64,000 nucleotides of DNA from the NCBI GenBank assembly GCA_949297415.1, contig CASFSV010000014.1, positions 7,030 through 71,029 on the forward strand, read 5' to 3'. Made by a program: the position numbers and the translations under genes. The first letter of the stretch is position 1, and every line of letters begins with the position of its first letter. This DNA comes from an uncultured Alphaproteobacteria bacterium (GTDB taxonomy: Bacteria; Pseudomonadota; Alphaproteobacteria; RF32; CAG-239). Below are positions 38,954 to 48,495 of this stretch, piece after piece. The notes beneath the pieces are model-generated. The model was not told where the DNA came from and ran no database searches. It saw only the letters and a program-made list of their open reading frames with translations.

Positions 38954-39991
38954 TTATTCTTTTATATAAGACGGATGTTGATTTTCTTTATACGCTTGTT
39001 CCACTTCATAAAAACTAAGCGGTTCTGTTACCTCTCTTCCCAATATCTGTCCGGCTTCTTCGGGAGTAAAATAAAAATCGGCAAATGTTTCTGGAAGTTC
39101 ATTTATTTGCGGAATTTCCACATCTTCCAAAGGGCTATTTGCCATGCGTTTTTTCAATTGTGGCAGGAAACGGCTCATACTACTATCATTCTTTACCTCA
39201 TTTTCATTATGAAAGAAATAATATTTATAGTCTATTGATGTTCCTTCCGGATGCCCACGTCTTTTCTTATTTATAAACTCAGCAAATGATTTTGTTATAT
39301 AGTGATTTACCCTCGCCTTATCTCCTGAGATATTAAAATTTAGCATATAGCTGACGGGTTTGTGATATTCATTAACGCTTTTACCTTTTACCGGAACATA
39401 ATGATTTGCGCCAAAGGTCTTAAAATCTATTACAGCATTCGGGCGTACAATTGATTTTACGGTATGATTTAATTTGACTCCATGTGCCGTAAAGGCTTCG
39501 ATAACCAAACCACCATCACGCTTAAACAAACCATTATCCCCATAGTTCATCCAATGAAGACTTACTTCATTCACATCAGCAAATTCTTGTAAAAAATCAA
39601 CCATATTATCTGTTTGAAGTGGCACCAGAAATTCATCCAAATCTATAAAAGCCATCCATTGGCTCTCTTTACCGTACTCTTTGACTACTTTATCATAGCA
39701 TACCAATTGCTGATTTTTCCCTGTCATCGGAATATATGTTATAAGCCCGTTTTTTATATATGGCTGTAAATACTCGCGACTACCGTCCGTGCTTTCGTTA
39801 TCGCATAAATAAAAATGATCAGCTCCTTGTAAAATATGATATTCCAACCACTCTTTCAGATATGGCTTTTCGTTTTTCATTATTGCCGTAACGCTTAGTT
39901 TATATTTATAGGGATATAGCTCCTTATAGCCGGCATATATTCCAACTCCGGCCAACAACGCAATCCCTATAAATAAACTCAGTTTTTTCAT
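38954..39991 (-). CDS. glycosyltransferase, GT92 / Glyco_tranf_2_4-like, N-terminal anchor
   Basis: IMKNEKPYLKEWLEYHILQGADHFYLCDNESTDGS...FIDLDEF. Confidence 0.7.
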   Translation of the reverse strand: MKKLSLFIGIALLAGVGIYAGYKELYPYKYKLSVTAIMKNEKPYLKEWLEYHILQGADHFYLCDNESTDGSREYLQPYIKNGLITYIPMTGKNQQLVCYDKVVKEYGKESQWMAFIDLDEFLVPLQTDNMVDFLQEFADVNEVSLHWMNYGDNGLFKRDGGLVIEAFTAHGVKLNHTVKSIVRPNAVIDFKTFGANHYVPVKGKSVNEYHKPVSYMLNFNISGDKARVNHYITKSFAEFINKKRRGHPEGTSIDYKYYFFHNENEVKNDSSMSRFLPQLKKRMANSPLEDVEIPQINELPETFADFYFTPEEAGQILGREVTEPLSFYEVEQAYKENQHPSYIKE

Positions 39992-39994
39992 ATT

Positions 39995-40441
39995 TTACGC
40001 AAAATTTTCCATAATATTATGTTGGTGGCAGGCATCTTTTACCAACAGAGTTGTGACAGGTGCTTCAGAATACTTTTGAAACAAAATTCCGTGACCTAAG
40101 CACAGACCGAAATTGATATTGAAATCTGTTTTTTCTTTATTTAAATATTGAGCTTGCGATTTTGGATCGCACGATGCTCCAGATAATTCCGGTGATAACT
40201 CTGATGCATCAAGTCCTGATTCCTTGCAATTTACAATAACGGCTTCTATTCCTTCTTGTGCTAAGTGCTGCTTTAATTTCTCGGCAAAATCTTTTACTGA
40301 AAAACAAGAAGCTATACCTATCTTTTTATATCCGTTCAGCTTGATGAAATTAACCAACTCTATCATTCGTGACGGATTGCGTGATTGATTGGTTAAGCAC
40401 ATAAATTCTTTATCTTCTTGTGTGTAATTCCCTTTTTCCAT
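39995..40441 (-). CDS. DUF1847-like metal-binding protein
   Basis: KKIGIASCFS...CDPKSQAQYLN...GLCLGHGILFQKYSEAPVTTLLVKD matches my recollection of DUF1847. Not verified by search. Confidence 0.45.
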   Translation of the reverse strand: MEKGNYTQEDKEFMCLTNQSRNPSRMIELVNFIKLNGYKKIGIASCFSVKDFAEKLKQHLAQEGIEAVIVNCKESGLDASELSPELSGASCDPKSQAQYLNKEKTDFNINFGLCLGHGILFQKYSEAPVTTLLVKDACHQHNIMENFA

Positions 40442-40590
40442 AGTCCTTACCTTAAAATTATATTAACCTTATTCGTATACTATAACAACTATTCTATAAC
40501 ACAAGTCAAATAAGCACTTTTATTCCAAGTTATTTCTGTTTGCGATTAAATGGAATTTCGAAAAGGCTTAAAAAGAAAGAGTGAAGTTTT

Positions 40591-41970
40591 ATGAGTAAAT
40601 ATTTATCCTTTGTTCCCTTAAGTATGTATAACGTTGCGGCTTTTCTACGTTCTCAACTATTTTTATTGCCGGTCTTGTTGTTCTTTTATCAAGAAAACGG
40701 ACTAACTGTCGGGGACTTTTATCTTATTCAGGGCTTAATCGTTTTTTTCGCCTTTCTGTTTGAAATTCCAGCGGGCTATCTGGGAGATATTTTTCCTAGA
40801 AAATATATCTTAATTACCGCATACTCTCTCTTTCTTGGGCGATTGTTCTTGTGGATTTTTTTCCGTGGATTTGAAATTATCCTTATCGGTGAATTTCTTT
40901 ATGCTTGCTCTAAAGCCTGTTTTGATTCAGTTTCTTCCTCTTTCATTTATGATATTTTGAAGAAAAATAAAGAAGAAGCTAAAATGGTAAAGGCATATTC
41001 TAACTTTAATGCCGCAATGTATATCGGAACGGGAATCGCTGCTCTACTTGGCGCAGGACTTTATGAAAAACTCGGTTCTCATGTTTTGTTAATTGCTGAA
41101 TTTGTGATTTATTCTACCGCGATTTTACTACTTTCACTTCTTCCTAACGCTCATCAGCCTTCTAATAATCTAGTTATTTCACTCAAAGATAGATTAAGAA
41201 AATTTTGGGTGGCTGTTCGCTATATTCTCAAATCTCGCAAATACTGCTATTTGGTATTATTTTCCGGCTTTATGGTCGGCGTTTCCCACTTCTTCTTCTG
41301 GAGTTTTCAGCCGCTCATGAAAAGTTCCGGCATTGATCCTTCTGTTTCTCTTACGGATTTATCTGCATCAATCGGATGGGATGCACGTGTTTTTGGCAAT
41401 GTCGTTTGGAACTACCTCATCAGCTTAAATTGGCTTGATTATATCAAAGTTATGGGCGTGGTTATCTTTATCAATAATCTTATCCGTTCGTCTTTCAGCT
41501 ATTTTGCTGCGGCGATGGCCAAACGTATTTCTTTATTTAATCTTGGCAATATCTCTTTTGTTATGGAAATTATCGGATGCGCGCTCTCTTTTATCCTGAT
41601 GAAAATGGGACATATCTCTCCGCTTAATTGTTTGCTCTTTATTATCTTTTTATGCGTTTGTATCGGTTTACAGCTTATGTTTACTATCACGCATATCAGT
41701 CGCCTTCACCGCTTAATCAATCCGAAAATTCGTTCACTTTCGTCTTCCGTTAATATGATGACGGGAAGACTTATGACTTCTGTTATGCTCATGGCTCCGA
41801 AATTTTTACTTGAACACGAAGGCGAAGCTACCGGTATTCGTGTTATTGATATTTTCTGGATTTACGCCATTATCTTTATTCCTATCGGACTGTATTTTAT
41901 TTATAAGATTTTTAAGTATAACGTGCATGCCGAACACTCGCTTATGCATGTCAGTGATGAAAAGGCTTAA
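40591..41970 (+). CDS. MFS transporter
   Basis: About 12 TM segments. Motif-A-like GYLGDIFPRKYIL between TM2 and TM3. Stop is 2 nt before the next gene. Confidence 0.75.
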   Translation: MSKYLSFVPLSMYNVAAFLRSQLFLLPVLLFFYQENGLTVGDFYLIQGLIVFFAFLFEIPAGYLGDIFPRKYILITAYSLFLGRLFLWIFFRGFEIILIGEFLYACSKACFDSVSSSFIYDILKKNKEEAKMVKAYSNFNAAMYIGTGIAALLGAGLYEKLGSHVLLIAEFVIYSTAILLLSLLPNAHQPSNNLVISLKDRLRKFWVAVRYILKSRKYCYLVLFSGFMVGVSHFFFWSFQPLMKSSGIDPSVSLTDLSASIGWDARVFGNVVWNYLISLNWLDYIKVMGVVIFINNLIRSSFSYFAAAMAKRISLFNLGNISFVMEIIGCALSFILMKMGHISPLNCLLFIIFLCVCIGLQLMFTITHISRLHRLINPKIRSLSSSVNMMTGRLMTSVMLMAPKFLLEHEGEATGIRVIDIFWIYAIIFIPIGLYFIYKIFKYNVHAEHSLMHVSDEKA

Positions 41971-41972
41971 AT

Positions 41973-43976
41973 ATGTCTGTATTGAACCGACTACTTTTAT
42001 CTCTGTTATCTTTGTCTTTTGCATTATCGGCAAATGCTGCTGATATCGGACTTAAAATTTCTGCCGGTCAAAATTGGCTTTCTTGGGGAGACTATATCTT
42101 AGGACAAGACCTCAAAAACGGATTTGAAACTATCGGATACTCTGTTGAGCCTGCTTATATGGATAATTTTTATCCGCAAGATGCTACTGATACAAAAATT
42201 GATGTCTATATGCATGGTTTTATTCCTTTTAATCCGCCCCCTCATGGTAATAAAATCAATGTAATGTATCTTTACTATCCTTTGGAAACTGCTAATACGC
42301 AAAAATTTGAAAATCTTAAAAATGTTTCCGAACCGGAGTGGATGTCTTTGCAAACCGAATTATGGGATTTTCAGCTTGTTGCTGTTGCATCGCCTACTTA
42401 TCAGAAGGAAATTGAAAAGCTCGGAATTAAAACTATCTTTGTGCCGCAGTTTACTAATCCACGCAAGTTCTTTTATGAGTATGATAAAAATACAGCTTTT
42501 GATATTTTATTTGTCGGCCGCCCAGGTTATGAGCGCATTAGTGCCAAATGGGCAATAGAATCCGGTTTTAATGTTGCCCTATTTGGCGAGGGATGGGAAA
42601 CTCAAGCCCCAAAAGAAATGGTTAAAGGTACTTATATCGATAATACCGAACTCCATAAATATTATGCTTCCGCAAAAATCGTCTTAAACGATACTAGAGA
42701 AGATATGAAGCGTGCCGGTTTTATCAGCAATCGAGTTTTTGATGTTACGGCCAGCAGAGGTTTTTTAATTTCTGATTATATGCCTGAAATTGAACAGTTT
42801 TATGGCGATGCTATCCCTATGTTTAAGTCTAAGGAAGAACTGAAGGAACTTATTGATTATTATCTTGCACATCCTGAAGAAAGAACTGAAAAGGCTAAAA
42901 AAGCGCAACAAATTACTCTGAGTCTTTTTACTTCTGATTTAGCGGCACAAAAAATTATGGATGCTATAGATGAATTACGTGCTTCTAAAAATCAAAACAG
43001 CAATCTTGATTATTCTAAATTGGCTCTTAAGAATCCATGGCCGGCCGATGCTCGCAATGTCGGTGAATATTGGTTGGGTCTTGACTTGGAAAATGGCTTG
43101 AAGAAAAACGGTTTTGATACCAGAACGTATTATTTTAATCGGCAGTTTTATCCCGATGATTTTTATCACGAAGCTGGTAATCTTCTTTATATGCAATTCA
43201 AGTATAATCGTACTGATTTTGAGAATGATGATAAAAACAGAATTATGTATTTGTACTTCCCTACGGAAATTCCTGATACAACAAAATTCAAAAATACGCA
43301 CGATGAGTTTAAATTTAATACTGATGCCTATCTTAATGACCAGTTGCAATATTTTGATTTAATTGCCACTCCTGCCGCTGCTCTTATTCCTGAGCTTGAA
43401 GCTAAAGGGCATCGAGCCGTTTTTGTCCCTCAATTTACAAATCCCGAAAAATTTAAATATGAGTATGACGACACTCTTAAATCTGAATTGCTTTTCGTCG
43501 GCTCTCCATGGTATGAACGTGTCAGCGTTACTTATGCTATCGAAAATGGTTATGATATCTCAGTTTATGGGCTTAAATGGGAGGGAAAAATCCCTGAGCA
43601 ATATATTAAAGGCGAATATATTGATAACAATATTCTTAATCGCTATTACTCTTCTGCAAAAATTGTGTTAAGCGACCACCCTGACGATTTGGCGCAAATG
43701 GGATTAGTTATCAATCGGCTTTATGACGCTTCAGCGGTCGGTGCATTCATCATCTCCGAATACAGTCCTTATATTGAGCAAATCTTTGGTAATGCTATTC
43801 CAATGTATAAAAATAAAGAAGAATTTAAACAACTTGTAGATTACTACCTTGCTCATCCGGAGGAACGGCTGAAAAAAGCTAAACAGGCTCAAAATATCAC
43901 GCTGCAACGCTTTACGAATATTGCTGTCGGAAAACAACTTAAACAACTTTTTGAAAATATCGGGAGAAGTAAATAA
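41973..43976 (+). CDS. signal-peptide-bearing protein with two tandem CgeB-family (Glyco_trans_1_2-like) modules
   Basis: MSVLNRLLLSLLSLSFALSANA-AD signal peptide. Two halves of about 330 aa each share FVPQFTNP.KF.YEYD, FVG.P.YER, YYSSAKIVL.D, ISEY.P.IEQ.FG.AIPM.K.KEE...L.DYYLAHPEER. Confidence 0.7.
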   Translation: MSVLNRLLLSLLSLSFALSANAADIGLKISAGQNWLSWGDYILGQDLKNGFETIGYSVEPAYMDNFYPQDATDTKIDVYMHGFIPFNPPPHGNKINVMYLYYPLETANTQKFENLKNVSEPEWMSLQTELWDFQLVAVASPTYQKEIEKLGIKTIFVPQFTNPRKFFYEYDKNTAFDILFVGRPGYERISAKWAIESGFNVALFGEGWETQAPKEMVKGTYIDNTELHKYYASAKIVLNDTREDMKRAGFISNRVFDVTASRGFLISDYMPEIEQFYGDAIPMFKSKEELKELIDYYLAHPEERTEKAKKAQQITLSLFTSDLAAQKIMDAIDELRASKNQNSNLDYSKLALKNPWPADARNVGEYWLGLDLENGLKKNGFDTRTYYFNRQFYPDDFYHEAGNLLYMQFKYNRTDFENDDKNRIMYLYFPTEIPDTTKFKNTHDEFKFNTDAYLNDQLQYFDLIATPAAALIPELEAKGHRAVFVPQFTNPEKFKYEYDDTLKSELLFVGSPWYERVSVTYAIENGYDISVYGLKWEGKIPEQYIKGEYIDNNILNRYYSSAKIVLSDHPDDLAQMGLVINRLYDASAVGAFIISEYSPYIEQIFGNAIPMYKNKEEFKQLVDYYLAHPEERLKKAKQAQNITLQRFTNIAVGKQLKQLFENIGRSK

Positions 43977-44968
43977 TGAAAAAATATCTCTTGCTTTATT
44001 TAGCCGTACTTTTGGGAGGTGCTTTATTGCTCTCTTATTCTAAAGTTTTGGAAAAGGTAACTGCTCCTGTTTCAGAAGTAACCGCATCAGAAAATAGGAC
44101 TGATGCTTTATCGCAAATCTATATCAATGTACAGGCCTCCAAAATGTCGTCTCTCTATCGCCAAAATCTTAAATTGCAAAAAGCATTGCAAGAAATCGGC
44201 AAAGACGTTGTTCTCTCTGATATGCAAAAAGCACAAAGTGGGAATTTTAATCTCTACATTGCAGAAAATTTAGATAACCTCCCAAAGGTTCTTGATGCCA
44301 ATGCTATTAATATTTTATGGTTGCCTGTTGTTCGGCAAAGCGATGATGTAACTCCTTTGCGAGCTTTTGATGTGATTGTCGTTAAAAGTATGGCTTCTTT
44401 TAATCACTTAAAAGCCATCAATGTCCGTACAGCCTTCATTCCTGATGCTTTTAATATTAAATCTATACCTCATCGTCAACCAAATGGTAAATCTATGTTT
44501 TACGGTGATAATTCTGGTTTTTCACTTTCTCTTTATCTGGCCGGAAAACAGGAACATAGTCTTGATGTTTATGGAAAAGGTTTTGAAAGTCTGTGGCCCA
44601 TCGACGAAATCAAAGGTAATACACCTTCTTTAGATGATTTTTCTCGTTATTCCGCCGTATTAACTGATCAGAGTGATGATGATATTCGTGATGAACTTGT
44701 TAATGCCAAAATTATTGAAATTATCGAAAACGGAGGGGTTCCCTTGCTTCGTTTTAATAGTGCTGTCTACAAAATTTTTGGTGAAGCTTTGCCTCTTTAT
44801 CACGACGAACAGGAATTTATTGATTTATTAAATCAATTAGAGCGTAATTCTGATTTTGTTATGCAGATACGGCAAAACTTAAAGCTCGTTTCGCAAAACT
44901 GGAATTCTATATCTCAAGCTCAAAAATTTTCCGAGCTATTTGACATTATGCAGAAAAAAAGAAGATAA
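43976..44968 (+). CDS. anchored or exported single CgeB-like module (divergent third copy)
   Basis: ATG overlaps the upstream stop (TAATG). N-terminal hydrophobic segment. C-terminal GGVPLLRFNSAVYKIFGEALPLYHDEQEFIDLLNQL parallels the modules upstream. Confidence 0.6.
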   Translation: MKKYLLLYLAVLLGGALLLSYSKVLEKVTAPVSEVTASENRTDALSQIYINVQASKMSSLYRQNLKLQKALQEIGKDVVLSDMQKAQSGNFNLYIAENLDNLPKVLDANAINILWLPVVRQSDDVTPLRAFDVIVVKSMASFNHLKAINVRTAFIPDAFNIKSIPHRQPNGKSMFYGDNSGFSLSLYLAGKQEHSLDVYGKGFESLWPIDEIKGNTPSLDDFSRYSAVLTDQSDDDIRDELVNAKIIEIIENGGVPLLRFNSAVYKIFGEALPLYHDEQEFIDLLNQLERNSDFVMQIRQNLKLVSQNWNSISQAQKFSELFDIMQKKRR

Positions 44969-45012
44969 TTCCCATTGCTCATGTTTCGGAAACTTCATTT
45001 CTTGTAGCTATC

Positions 45013-45049
45013 AAAAAAAGGCTGACTTTCCTGCCAGCCTCTTATTTTA
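45013..45049. terminator. bidirectional terminator
   Basis: aaaaaaa-ggctg-actttcct-gccagcc-tcttatttt. Confidence 0.7.
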
Positions 45050-45060
45050 TCTTATCGGCT

Positions 45061-46041
45061 TTAATTATGATATGATAAATGTCCGTTTTCCAGCTTTGCG
45101 TATCCGCCCAACGGAATCGTTAACAATGGTGCAGAGTGCCCAAAGTCTACATTGGCCAAAATCGGTAAGTCCTTTAATTCCGCTTTCGTATTTAAGATAA
45201 ATTCCAATCCTTCTCTGGTTACCTTAGAACCTTTTTGGAAACGACCAATCACGATACCTTTGACATTTACAAAATCATCTTGGTATATCAGGGCTTGTAA
45301 ATTGCGTTCAAAGTCAGCCAACGGGCTACTTTCCGTATCCTCTATAAACAATATGGTGTCTTTTTCAAATTTTGGACGGTACGATGTACCTAGCAGCAAA
45401 TTAAACGTACATAAATTTCCGCCGATAATCGTTCCTTCCGCCGTACCTTCGTGAATATTCCAATAGCCTTCATTGGCTTCAAACTCGCGTTTTTCTTGGT
45501 CTAAAAACCATAAATCATCACTCCAAATTTGGGATGGTTCAATATTATCCTTGCCATCTTCTACCAACATTTTGATAAAATGCTCAAACGTGTAGTCGCA
45601 GCCTTTTTTCATTCCTAATGAACTAAAATGCGGCCCATAATATGTTATCAATCCCGTTTTTGCCAATATTGCATTTTCTAATGCCGTAATATCAGAAAAT
45701 CCGCAAAATACTTTCGGATTTTGACGTATCAGCTCATAATCCAAATATTTCAGAAGTTGGTTTGAATTAGCTCCCCCGATAATGGTCATAATTCCTTTAA
45801 TGCTTTTATCTGCAAACGCCGTATGGATATCTGAAACTCTTTTCTCTATGGAACTTGACCCCATATAATCCCAATTTTCATCAATCGCATTTGGGGCATA
45901 CACAACTTCCAAGCCTAAACTTTCTAAGCGTTTTTTAGCGATTTCTCTTACATCTTGACCTATTATCTTCACACCTCTTGCCGGTGCAATAACCATTATT
46001 TTATCACCTTTTTGCAATCTGTTTGGTATAACCTTGTCCAT
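45061..46041 (-). CDS. LD-carboxypeptidase (peptidase S66, LdcA/MccF-like)
   Basis: KGDKIMVIAPA, nucleophile motif CGFSDITAL, C-terminal NVDFGHSAP. Confidence 0.85.
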   Translation of the reverse strand: MDKVIPNRLQKGDKIMVIAPARGVKIIGQDVREIAKKRLESLGLEVVYAPNAIDENWDYMGSSSIEKRVSDIHTAFADKSIKGIMTIIGGANSNQLLKYLDYELIRQNPKVFCGFSDITALENAILAKTGLITYYGPHFSSLGMKKGCDYTFEHFIKMLVEDGKDNIEPSQIWSDDLWFLDQEKREFEANEGYWNIHEGTAEGTIIGGNLCTFNLLLGTSYRPKFEKDTILFIEDTESSPLADFERNLQALIYQDDFVNVKGIVIGRFQKGSKVTREGLEFILNTKAELKDLPILANVDFGHSAPLLTIPLGGYAKLENGHLSYHN

Positions 46042-46055
46042 TTTTCTCCCTTTCT

Positions 46056-47774
46056 TTACTGTTCTTGTACTACATCTTCTTGCTTATCTTCATCTTCTTC
46101 CCAATGCACATGGAGCGTTGTTACCGGTTTAATATCCGTTGCACTCAATACACGGCGGCGAATTTGGCCACGGATAAAATCTTCTGCCGCATTTCGGTTT
46201 GGTTTTTCGGATAATTTTTGCTCAATCAAAGGCTTTACTTGCTTCATTATCTCTTCATGCAACACATACCACTCGTTTTCTTCCAAAATATCTATGGAGC
46301 TGAACTGAAGCGATTTTAATTTGAAATCTTTGCTAATCACTGCCGAGATAAATAGCGTGCAATTAAACATTATCCGACGACGATTTTTAACTAACTCCGA
46401 GCCTAGTGATACGCTACGGCCTCTATCTACTCCCATTATTTCAGCTACTATCTGTTCTATCATTTCTATCTTATGGTCGTGATATAGGCAAATATCTCCG
46501 TTTTGCGCGGAAAAAACATCATCTACTCCGCAACTTTTTGCAAACTTTTTATGCTCTCTGATAAATTTTTTATCCCCATGCACCGGTAATACAATCTTTG
46601 GATTTAATAACTCATACATCGCTTGCAAATCTTTTTTACAAGCGTGTCCGGACGTATGCACTAAATAATCTTCTTCGGTTACCAAATTAACCCCTTTTGC
46701 CAATATCTTTTCTTGCAGACGTTCTATCTTGTCTTCATTTCCGGGAATAATCTTTGATGAAAATATCACATTATCTTCTGCCGCTAATTTTATGTATTTA
46801 TTCTCATCATTGGCTATCATGGTCATCGCACTGCGATAATTTGCTTGCGAGCCGGTGCAAATATACAAGGCTTTATCTGAAGTGATGCCATCTACTTCTT
46901 CTATTGTATGTATATCTCCATATTCATTTAAATAACCACATTGTTTAGCTATCTTGACATTTGTGGCCAAACTTCTGCCGGCTAGTATCGGCGTTCTGCC
47001 AGCGGCTCGTGCTGCTAAAATCAAACTTTCTAGGCGCATGATATTTGAGGCAAAGCACGTCGCAACAATTCCTCCTTGCATTTCCGGAATTATTTTTATC
47101 AAATTTTCTCGTACGTCTTCTTCACTCGCTTGCGGCTCATCTATCATCACATTCGTCGAATCGCAAACAAATATATCTACCCCCTCTTTTGCAGCTCTTT
47201 CTAACGCGGCAAAATCCGTTTTTACCATAGATAACTTATTATCATCAAATCGCCAATCCGTTGCGTGCATGATATTTCCATACGGTGTTTTAATGAATAA
47301 GGCTGATGTTTCCGGTATAGAGTGCGCTATCGGGATAAACTCTACTTCGAAACCGCCTAACTTTATCCTCCTTTCTTTATTCACGGAAACTAAAGGTACC
47401 ATATCTTGCAGCTTATATTCACTTAACCGCTCTTTTACCAAACCAAGCGAAAAATCTGTTCCATACACCGGACACTGCAAGCTTGGCCAAATTTGCGCTA
47501 TGGCTCCTAGATGATCCTCATGTCCGTGAGTTATAAACAAGCCTAAAATATCTTCTCGATAATTTTCTAAAAATTCCGGCGAGGCATAGCACATATCCAT
47601 TCCCGGAAAATCATCATTTAGGAATCCGTATCCAGCATCTACCACTATCAATTTGCCATTAACAGCATACACAAACATATTCATACCAATCTCATCGGCA
47701 CCGCCTAGGGGTAAAAAATATATTCCTTCTTTCTTAAAATCGCTCATTTCTTTTTTATTCCTCTTTTTATACAA
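46056..47774 (-). CDS. rnj: ribonuclease J
   Basis: Metallo-beta-lactamase/beta-CASP fold. ITHGHEDHLGA, TGSQANYRSA..., SGHA. Start may be ATG 47747. Confidence 0.88.
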   Translation of the reverse strand: MYKKRNKKEMSDFKKEGIYFLPLGGADEIGMNMFVYAVNGKLIVVDAGYGFLNDDFPGMDMCYASPEFLENYREDILGLFITHGHEDHLGAIAQIWPSLQCPVYGTDFSLGLVKERLSEYKLQDMVPLVSVNKERRIKLGGFEVEFIPIAHSIPETSALFIKTPYGNIMHATDWRFDDNKLSMVKTDFAALERAAKEGVDIFVCDSTNVMIDEPQASEEDVRENLIKIIPEMQGGIVATCFASNIMRLESLILAARAAGRTPILAGRSLATNVKIAKQCGYLNEYGDIHTIEEVDGITSDKALYICTGSQANYRSAMTMIANDENKYIKLAAEDNVIFSSKIIPGNEDKIERLQEKILAKGVNLVTEEDYLVHTSGHACKKDLQAMYELLNPKIVLPVHGDKKFIREHKKFAKSCGVDDVFSAQNGDICLYHDHKIEMIEQIVAEIMGVDRGRSVSLGSELVKNRRRIMFNCTLFISAVISKDFKLKSLQFSSIDILEENEWYVLHEEIMKQVKPLIEQKLSEKPNRNAAEDFIRGQIRRRVLSATDIKPVTTLHVHWEEDEDKQEDVVQEQ

Positions 47775-48495
47775 ATAAATCTCCGGCTATGATTCTTTCT
47801 TCTCCTTGTTTTGTTTTTAATATCAGATAACCATTGTCATCTATATCTTCAAATACTCCTGTTTTTGTTTCTCTTTCCGTTTTTACTGTAATTTCCTGAC
47901 GATAATTCTTGGCTATTTTTAACCATTGTTCGCGTATATTCTTAAATCCGTTTCGGCGATATTCTTCCATATCCTCGAAAAATTGCTTCAGATAATAATG
48001 CAATATTTCCGTTCGGTCAAGCTCTATACCGTTTTCTTTTAACGATGTTGCTTGGTAGTTTGTTCCTTCTAATATAGGAGCTCCAACAACATTTATACCT
48101 ATTCCTATACCCCAGATGTCTTTTTCTATATTTTCTATTAGTATTCCCGACATTTTTTTTCCTTCTAAAAATACATCATTGGGCCATTTTATTTGTACAT
48201 CACTTTGAGGAGATAGTTTTTTTATGACTTTTGCCAAACTCAATCCTACTATACTCACTATTTTACTCAGCTCTTGAGCCCCTGCTTCTTGCGTATATGT
48301 AAAATATAGGTTACCGATAATTTCTTGCCAATTCTTTCCGCGGCGACCTCGTCCTCCGGTTTGATGGAGAGCGCTGATAACTATAGTTCTTCCCAGTTCG
48401 CATACTTTTTCTTTAACTGTATCGTTGGTTGAGATAACACTTTCTGCTTCATACCAATCCCATTTTACAATTTTTTCTTTATAAACTAACGACAT
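47767..48495 (-). CDS. birA: biotin--[acetyl-CoA-carboxylase] ligase (no N-terminal HTH)
   Basis: HQTGGRGRRGKNW biotin-binding loop and C-terminal SH3-like segment. Confidence 0.88.
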   Translation of the reverse strand: MSLVYKEKIVKWDWYEAESVISTNDTVKEKVCELGRTIVISALHQTGGRGRRGKNWQEIIGNLYFTYTQEAGAQELSKIVSIVGLSLAKVIKKLSPQSDVQIKWPNDVFLEGKKMSGILIENIEKDIWGIGIGINVVGAPILEGTNYQATSLKENGIELDRTEILHYYLKQFFEDMEEYRRNGFKNIREQWLKIAKNYRQEITVKTERETKTGVFEDIDDNGYLILKTKQGEERIIAGDLFV

